Of a stretch of DNA of 64,000 nt, positions 9,094 to 20,985 are shown in pieces (position 1 is the first letter of the stretch; each line of letters starts with the position of its first letter). Source of the stretch: a bacterium DOLZORAL124_38_8 (GTDB taxonomy: Bacteria > Patescibacteriota > Gracilibacteria > UBA4473); the NCBI GenBank assembly GCA_002747745.1, contig PDQG01000004.1, forward strand, positions 37,646 through 101,645, read 5' to 3'. The notes beneath the pieces are model-generated. The model did not search any database. It was not told where the DNA came from and worked only from the letters and a program-made list of their open reading frames with translations. The translations under genes and the position numbers were made by a program.

Positions 9094-11880
9094 TTATTCA
9101 GTAGCAACGGCTTTTTGCTGTGCTTCATGCGGCGTTTGCAACGCATTTACGTCTACATGCGGATCCGCCGCCGCCGCTTCAGCCACTTTGTTGATGGTAT
9201 CAATCCCCATTCGTGCTTCAATTTCTTGGTCGACAAATTCTTTCGCTCGTCCGTATTTAATTCGAGAGTATTTTTGGATAATTTCCAGCATTTTCGGATT
9301 TTTCACACTCGGATCATACAAAGTCTGCATTGAGAATGGTCGTGAAGTGGTATTGTTTACGTTTAGTTTTACATAGGCTTTATAATTGGCCATCGACAAA
9401 ATATCTTGGGCTGATAACAACGGAGCGTACTCTTTTTCTAAGTATTCGGCATCTTCGGCCCCCACTTTAAAACTCATCATTGACCCCACATTCCCAAACA
9501 CAGCATTTTTAATTTTGTCGTCTTTGGGTCCCATTCCTCCCCCTTCGGTTAATTGGGCGATGTATTGGTGGGCCATAATAAGATTCAAACGATATTTTCG
9601 GGCTTCCGATAGAATGGCCGCAAAAGTATCCGTCGCAAAGTTTTGGAACTCATCCACATAAAAGTACAAATCTTTCCGATCTTCTGGAGCCATATCCGCT
9701 CGGGCCATAGCGGCTTGATTAATTTTCGATACCGCAATCAACCCTAACAACTGGGCGTTGATTCCCCCAATTCGTCCTTTCGATAGATTAATCAACAACA
9801 CTTTTTGGCTATCCATACATTCTCGGAAATTAAAAGCCGATTTAGTTTGACCAATAATATTCCGCATCGTGGTGTTCGTCACAAACGGACCAAATTTAGA
9901 AGTAAAATACGGAATCATTTCTTGTTTTTCTCGTTCTCCGGTATTCGCCATTTCATTATCCCAAAAGGCTTTTACCACCACATTTTTTACTTTCGAAACT
10001 TTATATTTCTGGAACTCATCATCAATAAACAACCGTGGAATATCAATCAACGTCGCCCCTTCATCGTCATCATCCATCAAGGTCAAACACCCATTTCGGA
10101 AGTAATGCTGAATCCGTGGACCGAAAATTTCGTTCCCAAACAACTTAATGAAGATTTCCATTGCATCCAACGCCGCTCGTTCTTTTTGTTCCGATCCAGA
10201 CGCTTCTAAAATATTCAACCCCATTGGTCGTTCTACGTCTCCAGGATTAAAGAAAATCACTTCTTTCGCTCGTTCTTTCGGACACGAAGCCGCAATATCT
10301 TCTACCAAATCTCCATGCGGATCAATCACACATACTCCTTCGCCATTGGCTACATCTTGCCGGGCCATATTCCATAACAACACCGATTTCCCTGACCCAG
10401 ATTTCCCAATAATATACGTATGCCGCGTTCGGTCAGAACGGTTAAAACGAATTTCTTTTTCGACCCCACGGTAGATATTTTTTCCGAGCACGGGGCCTTC
10501 AGTTGGCAACACCAATGGCGCTGGCAATACTTTATAAGTCAACCATTTAATGGTTGGAATTTTATTATATTTCGCATCTGGGAAATGGAAAATTGACGCC
10601 AATTCCTCCGCCACAAGCAACGATTCTCGTTCCCAGAAGAAATTATGCAATCGCAAACGAAAATTATGCCACATCATTTTGCAATTAATGGCATTAATAA
10701 ACAATAATCGTGTATATTCAAACCGATTCGCCCCTTTTGATTTAAAAATATTAAAGGCCAAGAAAATTCCGTTCAAAATATCTTGCACCCGTTGTTCGTC
10801 ACTCGCTCCAGCCATAATTCGCACGACACACTCAAACCCCGTTTGCGTTGATTTTTCTCCAATCGATTTATAAATTTCTTCTTCGGCCTGCAACATCCGC
10901 ACCAACGGATCTCCGCCTTGTTTATTCCCATTTCCTAGTTTGTCTACTTCTGGATCGTACCCACGCCACAATAATCGAAACGGAAACAATAACGCACTTA
11001 AAATTGGTCCAATAATTGGAATATGAAACCCAGTAGGTGGTTTTTTTCCTTTAAACAACATCGTTCCCACTTCTTTAGCCTTCTTCTGCCATTTTGGATT
11101 TTTAGGATGTGCTACAATTTGAATAGCTGCCTTTTCATGACGGGCTAACTTCGCAAACGAATTGGCCAACCCATTCAACGGATCATCTTCCACTTTTTTG
11201 TACGTATTAATCGGATACCAAAATTCTTTGGCGATATAGGCATGAAACCCATTAAACTTCAAACCATTAAAATTAAATTGTTCTTCGGGTTTAATGTATT
11301 CCACTTCAGCCGACTCGTAGAAAGTCGTAATTTGTTTCTGAATCAATTTTTCGTAGTACGGTTCACAAATTACCACAAAACTCATTTCTTGGTTTTCAAA
11401 CTGCAATTCGAACGAAATTTGCGGACGTTTCCACAACCACCGTTTCATGACAATATTGTACAACCCTAAATCTCGTGTTTCATGAAGCGACCGAAACAAT
11501 TGCTCCATCCGTCCAATAATTTCTCGGAAATCTTTTTCCGTTCGTTTTTCGTTATCAAGTTTCGAATCGTTTTTAGGCAACGTAATTCGCATATGCACCA
11601 GTTTTTCGGCCAGTTTTCGATCGTGGTAATACCGCACAATAATTTTGGCAATCCAAATAATGGTCCAAATATCCAACGCCACCATCAGCAAACTCAACGC
11701 ATACGGAATAACGCCAATAGTGTTAATGTGGTCAACATTCCACAAATTTGAGATATTCCCCAAATTATTTCCGGTTCCAGCCGCCGTGGCTCCTAGTAAC
11801 ACTCGTACCCCCACTCGACTTCCAAAAAATCGTGCCAATACCCCCATTCGAATCAACAAAAACCGGATAAAACTTGCCAT
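9094..11880 (-). CDS. Membrane-anchored VirD4/TraG/TraD-like (type IV coupling protein family) P-loop ATPase
   Basis: Hydrophobic N-terminal helices, Walker A IIGKSGSGKSVLL, Walker B LYFYVDEFQNFAT, then ..NLIMAHQYIAQL... The architecture resembles T4SS coupling or HerA/FtsK-type ATPases. Assignment is by motif inspection only. Confidence 0.65.
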   Translation of the reverse strand: MASFIRFLLIRMGVLARFFGSRVGVRVLLGATAAGTGNNLGNISNLWNVDHINTIGVIPYALSLLMVALDIWTIIWIAKIIVRYYHDRKLAEKLVHMRITLPKNDSKLDNEKRTEKDFREIIGRMEQLFRSLHETRDLGLYNIVMKRWLWKRPQISFELQFENQEMSFVVICEPYYEKLIQKQITTFYESAEVEYIKPEEQFNFNGLKFNGFHAYIAKEFWYPINTYKKVEDDPLNGLANSFAKLARHEKAAIQIVAHPKNPKWQKKAKEVGTMLFKGKKPPTGFHIPIIGPILSALLFPFRLLWRGYDPEVDKLGNGNKQGGDPLVRMLQAEEEIYKSIGEKSTQTGFECVVRIMAGASDEQRVQDILNGIFLAFNIFKSKGANRFEYTRLLFINAINCKMMWHNFRLRLHNFFWERESLLVAEELASIFHFPDAKYNKIPTIKWLTYKVLPAPLVLPTEGPVLGKNIYRGVEKEIRFNRSDRTRHTYIIGKSGSGKSVLLWNMARQDVANGEGVCVIDPHGDLVEDIAASCPKERAKEVIFFNPGDVERPMGLNILEASGSEQKERAALDAMEIFIKLFGNEIFGPRIQHYFRNGCLTLMDDDDEGATLIDIPRLFIDDEFQKYKVSKVKNVVVKAFWDNEMANTGEREKQEMIPYFTSKFGPFVTNTTMRNIIGQTKSAFNFRECMDSQKVLLINLSKGRIGGINAQLLGLIAVSKINQAAMARADMAPEDRKDLYFYVDEFQNFATDTFAAILSEARKYRLNLIMAHQYIAQLTEGGGMGPKDDKIKNAVFGNVGSMMSFKVGAEDAEYLEKEYAPLLSAQDILSMANYKAYVKLNVNNTTSRPFSMQTLYDPSVKNPKMLEIIQKYSRIKYGRAKEFVDQEIEARMGIDTINKVAEAAAADPHVDVNALQTPHEAQQKAVATE

Positions 11881-12019
11881 TTAATTAACTATTAAATTCT
11901 GTTTATTATACTATTTCATCCCGTTTAAGTCCATTTTTATACCAATACGAGCGGTGTTTTAGGTAGATTTTTGACAAAACATATGGTATTGTAAAAAACT
12001 AAGAACGAACCTCACCCCC

Positions 12020-14458
12020 TTATTGGTTAATCACTTGAATTCGTTTAAACCCAGGTGGAGATTGCTCAATAGCTTTTCGATCAAACCGAAGGATGAATGA
12101 GTACGACTTTTCTCGCCCTGTAGGAGAACTATCATCATTTTTACAGTTTCCAGATACAAAAGAACTAGCATTATACTCCCCCAACGGCAGACAGCTCTGC
12201 ATATCTAAATTTAAATTCCGTATATACAACAAATCATACTTTGGCGATATTAGTTGTGAACTACCCTTCGGCTCCATTCCCCATGGATGATATAAATACG
12301 GATCATTCGTATTCTTAGCAGCTCCCCCAACTGTATTCATCGTTAATAACGCTCCCACTAATCGCAATTGTTTATCTGAAGTTAAGTCAATATTATCTAC
12401 ATTCAAGTTAGATAAATTAACGGTACTAGTATTCACAAATCCTCCATCCGCAAAAAATGACCCGCGAATATTCTGTACCGTTGAATAAACAAAAATATTT
12501 CCTGTACTTGGCGGCACCGTTTGCGTGTCTGTATTAATTAAAATCACGCCAAATGAATCATTCGCTTCATTTCCATAATAAGTGTTATCAGCAATCAACA
12601 AGTTCCCATCAACAATTACCACCGTTTTTTTACCGCTTGGGAGTTTTCCTCCAATCTTTACATTCTTTTCCTTGACAATCAACACCCCATCAACTCCAAA
12701 CGGAGCATCTGGAGAAGTAGTTAGGTCTACGTTACTCTCTTTAATATTGTTTGATTCCCGCACTAATGCAAACGCGTTACGCGTAATATTTTCTCTTACA
12801 TCCGTTTGTGAAATTCCTGATAAAGCCTGTAAGTCATTCGATAAAAACTTCGTAGTCGTATCGCGTTTAATAACGGTTCCTTCTATATACACCCCTTTCG
12901 CTACATTAATTTGTCCAATTGAATTTCCCGCAAAATATCTCACCGTCTTTTTATTCTCCCCAATTTGAACATCATATTCAACAATTGATTGCAAATCAAA
13001 TTCTGGCATTAATTTATTATTTCCATCAGCCCCACTGCCACTTGGCATGTTGAAATTAAAAATATAATCAACGGATTTATTGTTTAACCCTAGGGCAAAA
13101 TAATTACTAGGATTTAAGGCATTCGAAAATTTACTAAAAATTCCATCTTTATTAAAACTCAAACCAACATGATACCCTGAATCATCCAAATATGAATGCG
13201 CAACTTCCTTACCAGCGGCTCCTGTTAAAGATAAATTGGACGGAAGCGTTCCATTTCTATCAATTTTGGCAAGAAGTTCTATTTTGTCATATTTAGTCGA
13301 GTCATCCTCAGCGATTTTTCCAGTCCGTCGTTCATAAGTTAATTCATCAGATAAATTAAAGAATCCACCTTTAAAATTACTCATTAAATTGTTTACCCTA
13401 TCCATATTGGGAACAAGAGATATCTTGATTCGCTGATTATCATACATATTATTGGCAAATTCATTCGCTCCTAATGGATTAAAAGTACCGTCCAATCTAT
13501 CACTATTTGTATCATCCCCCCCCGCTAAAGTTCCTGGTTGCAAGTTAATATTCAACAACACGGGGCGCTTAAACAGAATTGGTTGTTCTAACTCTTTCGT
13601 CTCTACAAGTGGAATTAGCGTTCCTGCGTCACCATTATTGGCTATATTAGGCACTTGTTTTACTAAAATTTTCAAGTTTTTGGCCACCTCTTCTGTCACA
13701 TTATTGATGTTTCTTAATGTTGGTACCCAAGAAACTAAGTCAATCGAAAACACTCCCTCATATCCTGTTACAGCGCTAATTGAACTATTCTTTAACAATT
13801 GATTATTCACCATTAATCCGTTTTTCAATGATAATCCTAAATTACCATCATCCGTTCTAAATAAAGCTTGTTGCTCCCTTGGAATCTCTACTTTAGCATT
13901 ACTAGCCTTATAAACCTTATTCCCATATGAATCTCTCAAAACAACGCCAGCTTTACATACATCCGAACCATCGGCATATTTACCCGTACAAGTATTAATC
14001 AACGTATCAATATTCTCTGCATCAATATCTCCCGGCATAATTTTAAAATTGAATGCCTTTTCAGCTTCATTTCCCACGGCATCCACTAATTTAACCGTTA
14101 TTTTATAGGTTCCCGCATTTTTGAAACACTGTTTTAATGTATCAGAATTACTATTTTGAATATCTATTTGAATGGTTTCAGCTGATCTTCGTGAGATTTT
14201 TCTGTCATCATCTTTAAATTTTGCCAAAACATCCTTTAATAATTTTGGATTAGTAAACAACTCAACCGCTGAATTTAAAACTGATTTCGTCTCTCCAAAA
14301 CAAGTAATTTCCTTTACCTCCGCCTTTTCATCAGGCGTAAAATTAATTTGCATGGTAGATTTAGTTAAATCTATCCCCGAAGTAGCCATACCATGTACCA
14401 ACCACGGTGCCCCCAACAAACACGCTCCCAACACAAACGTTCGCCAAAATTGTTTCAT
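12020..14458 (-). CDS. Large secreted/surface protein (812 aa), function unknown
   Basis: Signal peptide MKQFWRTFVLGACLLGAPWLVHG, N/S/T/G-rich beta-type composition, and an Ig-like-looking N-terminal module (..YKITVKLVDAVGNEAEKAFNFKI..). It lies directly upstream of the ATPase gene on the same strand. Confidence 0.6.
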   Translation of the reverse strand: MKQFWRTFVLGACLLGAPWLVHGMATSGIDLTKSTMQINFTPDEKAEVKEITCFGETKSVLNSAVELFTNPKLLKDVLAKFKDDDRKISRRSAETIQIDIQNSNSDTLKQCFKNAGTYKITVKLVDAVGNEAEKAFNFKIMPGDIDAENIDTLINTCTGKYADGSDVCKAGVVLRDSYGNKVYKASNAKVEIPREQQALFRTDDGNLGLSLKNGLMVNNQLLKNSSISAVTGYEGVFSIDLVSWVPTLRNINNVTEEVAKNLKILVKQVPNIANNGDAGTLIPLVETKELEQPILFKRPVLLNINLQPGTLAGGDDTNSDRLDGTFNPLGANEFANNMYDNQRIKISLVPNMDRVNNLMSNFKGGFFNLSDELTYERRTGKIAEDDSTKYDKIELLAKIDRNGTLPSNLSLTGAAGKEVAHSYLDDSGYHVGLSFNKDGIFSKFSNALNPSNYFALGLNNKSVDYIFNFNMPSGSGADGNNKLMPEFDLQSIVEYDVQIGENKKTVRYFAGNSIGQINVAKGVYIEGTVIKRDTTTKFLSNDLQALSGISQTDVRENITRNAFALVRESNNIKESNVDLTTSPDAPFGVDGVLIVKEKNVKIGGKLPSGKKTVVIVDGNLLIADNTYYGNEANDSFGVILINTDTQTVPPSTGNIFVYSTVQNIRGSFFADGGFVNTSTVNLSNLNVDNIDLTSDKQLRLVGALLTMNTVGGAAKNTNDPYLYHPWGMEPKGSSQLISPKYDLLYIRNLNLDMQSCLPLGEYNASSFVSGNCKNDDSSPTGREKSYSFILRFDRKAIEQSPPGFKRIQVINQ

Positions 14459-14539
14459 ACCAAATAAAAGGAAAATCAGTTTTATTTTGGCAAATTTCGC
14501 AAAAAATGTAAAAATTTACCTGTATATTGACTTCACAAA

Positions 14540-14938
14540 ATGAAAGATTCATGGCAAATACTATCAGTTCCTCAGTTTGAGGACGCACGAGGAACCCTGG
14601 TACCGTTTGAATTAGATGAGTCGTTTCCATTTGACGTCAAACGCGTGTATCTGGTAACCGGAAAACAAAATGTAACGCGTGGAGCTCACGCCCACATTGT
14701 TGAAGAAGAAGTGTTCGTCTGTGTGAATGGACGAGTAAAAATGACCGTAAACGATAAACAGCAAGAAACCGATATTTGGCTCGATACACCGACTAAAGCC
14801 GTCTATGTCCCGACTCAGTGCTGGCACGAGTTTTCGGAGTTTTCAGACGATGCTATTTTACTCTGTTTTTCGTCTACCCATTACCTACCAGGCGAACAAA
14901 ATTACATAACAAACAAACAAGAATTTTTAAAGCAATAA
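14540..14938 (+). CDS. WxcM/FdtA-like cupin (dTDP-4-keto-6-deoxyhexose 3,4-isomerase family)
   Basis: ..FEDARGTLVPFE..VKRVYLV..RGAHAH..E..FVCVNG..W..L..P..VYVP..CWHEF is the sugar ketoisomerase cupin pattern. Confidence 0.75.
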   Translation: MKDSWQILSVPQFEDARGTLVPFELDESFPFDVKRVYLVTGKQNVTRGAHAHIVEEEVFVCVNGRVKMTVNDKQQETDIWLDTPTKAVYVPTQCWHEFSEFSDDAILLCFSSTHYLPGEQNYITNKQEFLKQ

Positions 14939-14941
14939 GTC

Positions 14942-15586
14942 ATGATTACTCTTTCTAGTCTCGATTACTCAGCACTGGTTTATGGACGAAAAATTTTAAA
15001 ACATATCCCAACGGCTCACATAAGCTTTGATTTACAAAATAAATCACTATTATCCGAATCTTTATGGAAACAAGCGGTGGAAGACATCTTCCAACACACC
15101 AATTTTGGACGTATCGCCTTTGTGTATGATCGAAAAAACAAATCGGCTCAAACGTGGATTGAAAAACTGAAAGTAGAAAATCTTGAATACACACCCAAAC
15201 ACACTTCAAGATGTGAAAGTTTACCAAAAATAACGTACTTAGAAACGCAAGTGTTAGCCGAAATGGCCAATGAAGGCTTAGCTGACAGTATCGAGTTCCG
15301 ACGACTTTGTCGCCGACAATTACGCCCCTTAAAACATGCCCATATTGATACCGTTCTCTTTTTCGACGATATCTTAGGCGAAGAGAAAACCAGAAAAATA
15401 ATCCAAACCATTTTAGTATCACAAATAAAAGCCGTCTTCCCCGTCGATTTTTTTGATATTTCAGATATTCAAGGTCATGAAAAACGAGAAATATCTATAA
15501 AAACCAATCCATCCGAGCAAAATTTTACCAAAAAAAGAGCCCAAAAAATACTCCAAACACAACTTTCTGATACAGTTTTTAAGTAA
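14942..15586 (+). CDS. Hypothetical protein, faint Asp/Glu-racemase-like resemblance lacking the catalytic Cys motifs
   Basis: Clean ORF 3 nt after the cupin gene. ..IDTVLFFDDILGEEKTRKII.. loosely recalls the MurI 'DTLVLGCTHYP' region, but the cysteines are absent. Confidence 0.4.
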   Translation: MITLSSLDYSALVYGRKILKHIPTAHISFDLQNKSLLSESLWKQAVEDIFQHTNFGRIAFVYDRKNKSAQTWIEKLKVENLEYTPKHTSRCESLPKITYLETQVLAEMANEGLADSIEFRRLCRRQLRPLKHAHIDTVLFFDDILGEEKTRKIIQTILVSQIKAVFPVDFFDISDIQGHEKREISIKTNPSEQNFTKKRAQKILQTQLSDTVFK

Positions 15587-15642
15587 CTAAAAAAACTTTT
15601 CTCTACAAAACTCTTTGTTCGTAGCAAGAAAATTTATCATAC

Positions 15643-15669
15643 AAAAAAAACACACGTATTAAAAGTGTG
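15643..15669 (-). terminator. Weak terminator downstream of 5S rRNA
   Basis: On the minus strand, CACAC / GTGTG (15651-15655 / 15665-15669) is followed by a U8 run (A-run 15643-15650 on the plus strand). The stem is only 5 bp. Confidence 0.35.
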
Positions 15670-15691
15670 ATTATTTTTAGATACAAAAAAA

Positions 15692-15820
15692 GGCTTCGTG
15701 TTGACATCGACCTACTTTCCCAAGGCTATCCCCAAGTATCATCGGCGCTGGTAGACTTAACTTCTGAGTTCGGAATGAGATCAGGTGTACCCCTACCGCT
15801 ACAGACATCAACACGAAACC
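15692..15820 (-). rRNA. rrf: 5S ribosomal RNA
   Basis: The reverse complement contains the conserved ..CCGAACTCAGAAGTTAAG.. and ..GCGCCGATGATACTTGGGG.. blocks. The terminal helix GGTTTCGTGTTGA pairs with TCAACACGAAGCC. Ends are approximate. Confidence 0.85.
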
Positions 15821-15926
15821 TTCTTATGTCGGTTTCTTTTACTTTCGAAAAGAGAATATTCATTCTTATTAAACAAAATTGTGATAACAAATTTGCGATT
15901 TTGATTGATTTTAAAGCTTGAATTTC

Positions 15927-15973
15927 CTTATGACTTGTTTACCGAAAGATAAACAAATGAATTCAAGAATAAA
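15927..15973 (-). other. 3' half of the 23S rRNA processing (RNase III-type) stem
   Basis: cttatgacttgtttaccgaaagataaacaaatgaattcaag is largely complementary to 18849-18889 on the other side of the 23S gene. Confidence 0.65.
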
Positions 15974-18848
<2,875 letters not shown>

Positions 18849-18889
18849 TATTCTTGAATTTGTTCATCTTTCAATAAACAAGTCATAAG
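18849..18889 (-). other. 5' half of the 23S rRNA processing stem
   Basis: tattcttgaatttgttcatctttcaataaacaagtcataag pairs with 15927-15973. Confidence 0.65.
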
Positions 18890-19097
18890 AAACTTTAACT
18901 TTATTATTCTTGGTGCAAAACACCAAGATAACTTAACTTTATATTATCAGTAAAATTGCAAATTTATTTACACGCGTTTTTTAAAAAAACACATCACAAT
19001 TATAAATTTGATTTAATAAGAAATTATTTTTAATTTCTCTTTTCGAATCCGTAAAAGATCTTTGCTTCTTGGCACTATTTGTGTCAGAGCGAGAGGG

Positions 19098-19125
19098 ACT
19101 ATATAAAATATTTTACTTGTGTCAA
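19098..19125 (-). promoter_or_regulatory. Candidate rRNA promoter
   Basis: On the minus strand: TTGACA (19125-19120), 16-nt spacer, TATAGT (19103-19098). It sits about 210 nt upstream of the processing stem. Confidence 0.5.
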
Positions 19126-19292
19126 ACTTTTTCTTTAAGTTTTTTTCATCCATAAAAAGACAAACAACGAAAGCGCAGAATTAATGCCATAATCAAAGAA
19201 ATCAAACTTCTTAAAAATTTATTTTTAAAAATATTTCCATAAAAAAATCACCCCCTTTACCATATTCCGAAGACATTTCAACCGTTTGCATA

Positions 19293-19321
19293 TTGAAAAA
19301 TCAAGATGTACGTGATATAAT
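19293..19321 (+). promoter_or_regulatory. Sigma70-like promoter of the K+ channel gene, leaderless geometry
   Basis: TTGAAA (19293-19298), 17-nt spacer, TATAAT (19316-19321). The ATG follows 11 nt later, with no SD. Confidence 0.55.
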
Positions 19322-19332
19322 GACCTGAAACT

Positions 19333-20160
19333 ATGAATCATATGAACCAATTGAAAAACAAAATCCACCAAGCGTTTAACGACGGGAACACCGTCATAGG
19401 AAAGATTATTGGATCGTTTCTTTTAGGACTTATTATTCTATCCGGGCTCTTATTTATGGGAGAAAATCTTCCTGAATTTCAACCCATAAAACCCTATTTT
19501 GAAACTATCGACCAAGTAATACTGATTGTTTTTACTATTGAATATATATTACGAATTTGGAGTGCCCCTAACCGACGAAGAGCCATTTTTTCTTTCTTTG
19601 GAATTATTGATTTAATGGTAATTCTCCCATTATTAGGGTTTTTCCCTAATATTGCGTTTTTACGAGGATTGAGAGTTTTGGAAATTTTCCGAATGCTCAA
19701 AGTTATTCGACAATCATCTTTGTTCGTTACGTTCATAAAATCACTCAAACACTACACCGAAGAATTTAAAATTTTCGGACTCAGTTTCTGCATTGTTTTG
19801 ATTGTATCGGCGTTTAGCATTTACACCGTTGAACACCCAGTAAACCCCGAGTTTTCAAGTATCAAAGAAGCTGTTTGGTGGTCATTTGTAAGTATGTCGA
19901 CCGTCGGATACGGAGATATAACGCCTATAACAGGGATTGGGAAACTCATTGCCAGCGCTACTATTCTGCTTGGACTCGGAACTATTGCGATGATGACCGC
20001 TATTCTAACGAAATCGTTTATCGATCACTTTTTTGGAAAACGACCGCATAAATGTAATTTTTGCCATTATCCACACCACGACCACGACGCTCAATTTTGC
20101 AAGAATTGTGGACAAAAGTTGGATATGCCACTGATACAAAAAACTACGACTGCTTCTTAA
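19333..20160 (+). CDS. 6-TM voltage-gated-type K+ channel with C-terminal zinc-ribbon
   Basis: Selectivity filter TVGYGD, an S4-like helix with spaced basic residues (LRGLRVLEIFRMLKVIR), and a C-terminal CNFCHYPHHDHDAQFCKNCG. Confidence 0.8.
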   Translation: MNHMNQLKNKIHQAFNDGNTVIGKIIGSFLLGLIILSGLLFMGENLPEFQPIKPYFETIDQVILIVFTIEYILRIWSAPNRRRAIFSFFGIIDLMVILPLLGFFPNIAFLRGLRVLEIFRMLKVIRQSSLFVTFIKSLKHYTEEFKIFGLSFCIVLIVSAFSIYTVEHPVNPEFSSIKEAVWWSFVSMSTVGYGDITPITGIGKLIASATILLGLGTIAMMTAILTKSFIDHFFGKRPHKCNFCHYPHHDHDAQFCKNCGQKLDMPLIQKTTTAS

Positions 20161-20749
20161 ACACCATCCGCCAAATTTTGTTCCCTTCTTTTACTTTGGC
20201 CGATTCCCAATCGGTTTGCACCCCAAACGGCGATTCATCAAAATAAGTAATGCTGGAAAACGCTGAATCTTGTAACACTTCAATGGTTTCGTGAAATAAA
20301 AACTCTTGATCGGTTTGAAATATAAACTCCGTTGTTTCGTCTACGAAATCTTTGATGTCTTCTAAAAACTTAGCATTTACAAACCGTCGTTTTTTGTGTC
20401 GGTCTTTAAACCACGGGTCAGGGAAATTAATAAACACTTTTTCTAGTTTTACCCCCCGTTTAAAACTTGGGGCCAACATTGTTTTAAAGTTTTTTCCCGC
20501 ATCACCATCAAACACCACCACATTATCATCATCGGCGTACAACACTTCTAATTTTTTTTGGAGTGGTTTTCGAATCTCACACGCAATAAAGTTTTTCTCT
20601 GGAAATTTTTGCGCCAACGCTTTGGTAAACTCACCTTTACAAGCCCCAATATCCATCCATAATGGATTATTGTTTTCAAACCCTTCAAAATGTACTTCGT
20701 GTAAAATAGATAAAGGGTTTACATGTTTCCGCACTCTTCGTTGCGCCAT
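20144..20749 (-). CDS. trmB: tRNA (guanine46-N7)-methyltransferase
   Basis: ..MDIGACKGEF.. SAM motif and ..FINFPDPWFKDRHKKRR.., a TrmB hallmark. The 3' end overlaps the convergent channel gene by 17 nt. Confidence 0.85.
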   Translation of the reverse strand: MAQRRVRKHVNPLSILHEVHFEGFENNNPLWMDIGACKGEFTKALAQKFPEKNFIACEIRKPLQKKLEVLYADDDNVVVFDGDAGKNFKTMLAPSFKRGVKLEKVFINFPDPWFKDRHKKRRFVNAKFLEDIKDFVDETTEFIFQTDQEFLFHETIEVLQDSAFSSITYFDESPFGVQTDWESAKVKEGNKIWRMVFKKQS

Positions 20750-20883
20750 GGGAAATAAAGGATAAGTATTTACAATAGTTAACCAGCAAACAAATCAACC
20801 AGTTTACGAATTTTAATAATCGCATAAAAAATATTTTTTTTAGAACGTTTGGCAATCTAAAAATACCCAACCAAAAACAAATT

Positions 20884-20902
20884 TCCCGTACTTGATACGG
20901 GA
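20884..20902. repeat. Hairpin element, copy 1 of an exact 17-nt repeat
   Basis: TCCCGTA cttga TACGGGA. The core cccgtacttgatacggg (20885-20901) is identical to 50887-50903. Confidence 0.8.
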
Positions 20903-20950
20903 TCGCCCTTTTCATTCAATAAACACACAATCCTTTGCAAACACAACAAC

Positions 20951-20978
20951 TTGCAGACTATCAAACTATTCCTACACT
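20951..20978 (+). promoter_or_regulatory. Candidate tatD promoter, leaderless geometry
   Basis: TTGCAG (20951-20956), 16-nt spacer, TACACT (20973-20978), then 7 nt to the ATG at 20986. Confidence 0.45.
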
Positions 20979-20985
20979 CAAATTG

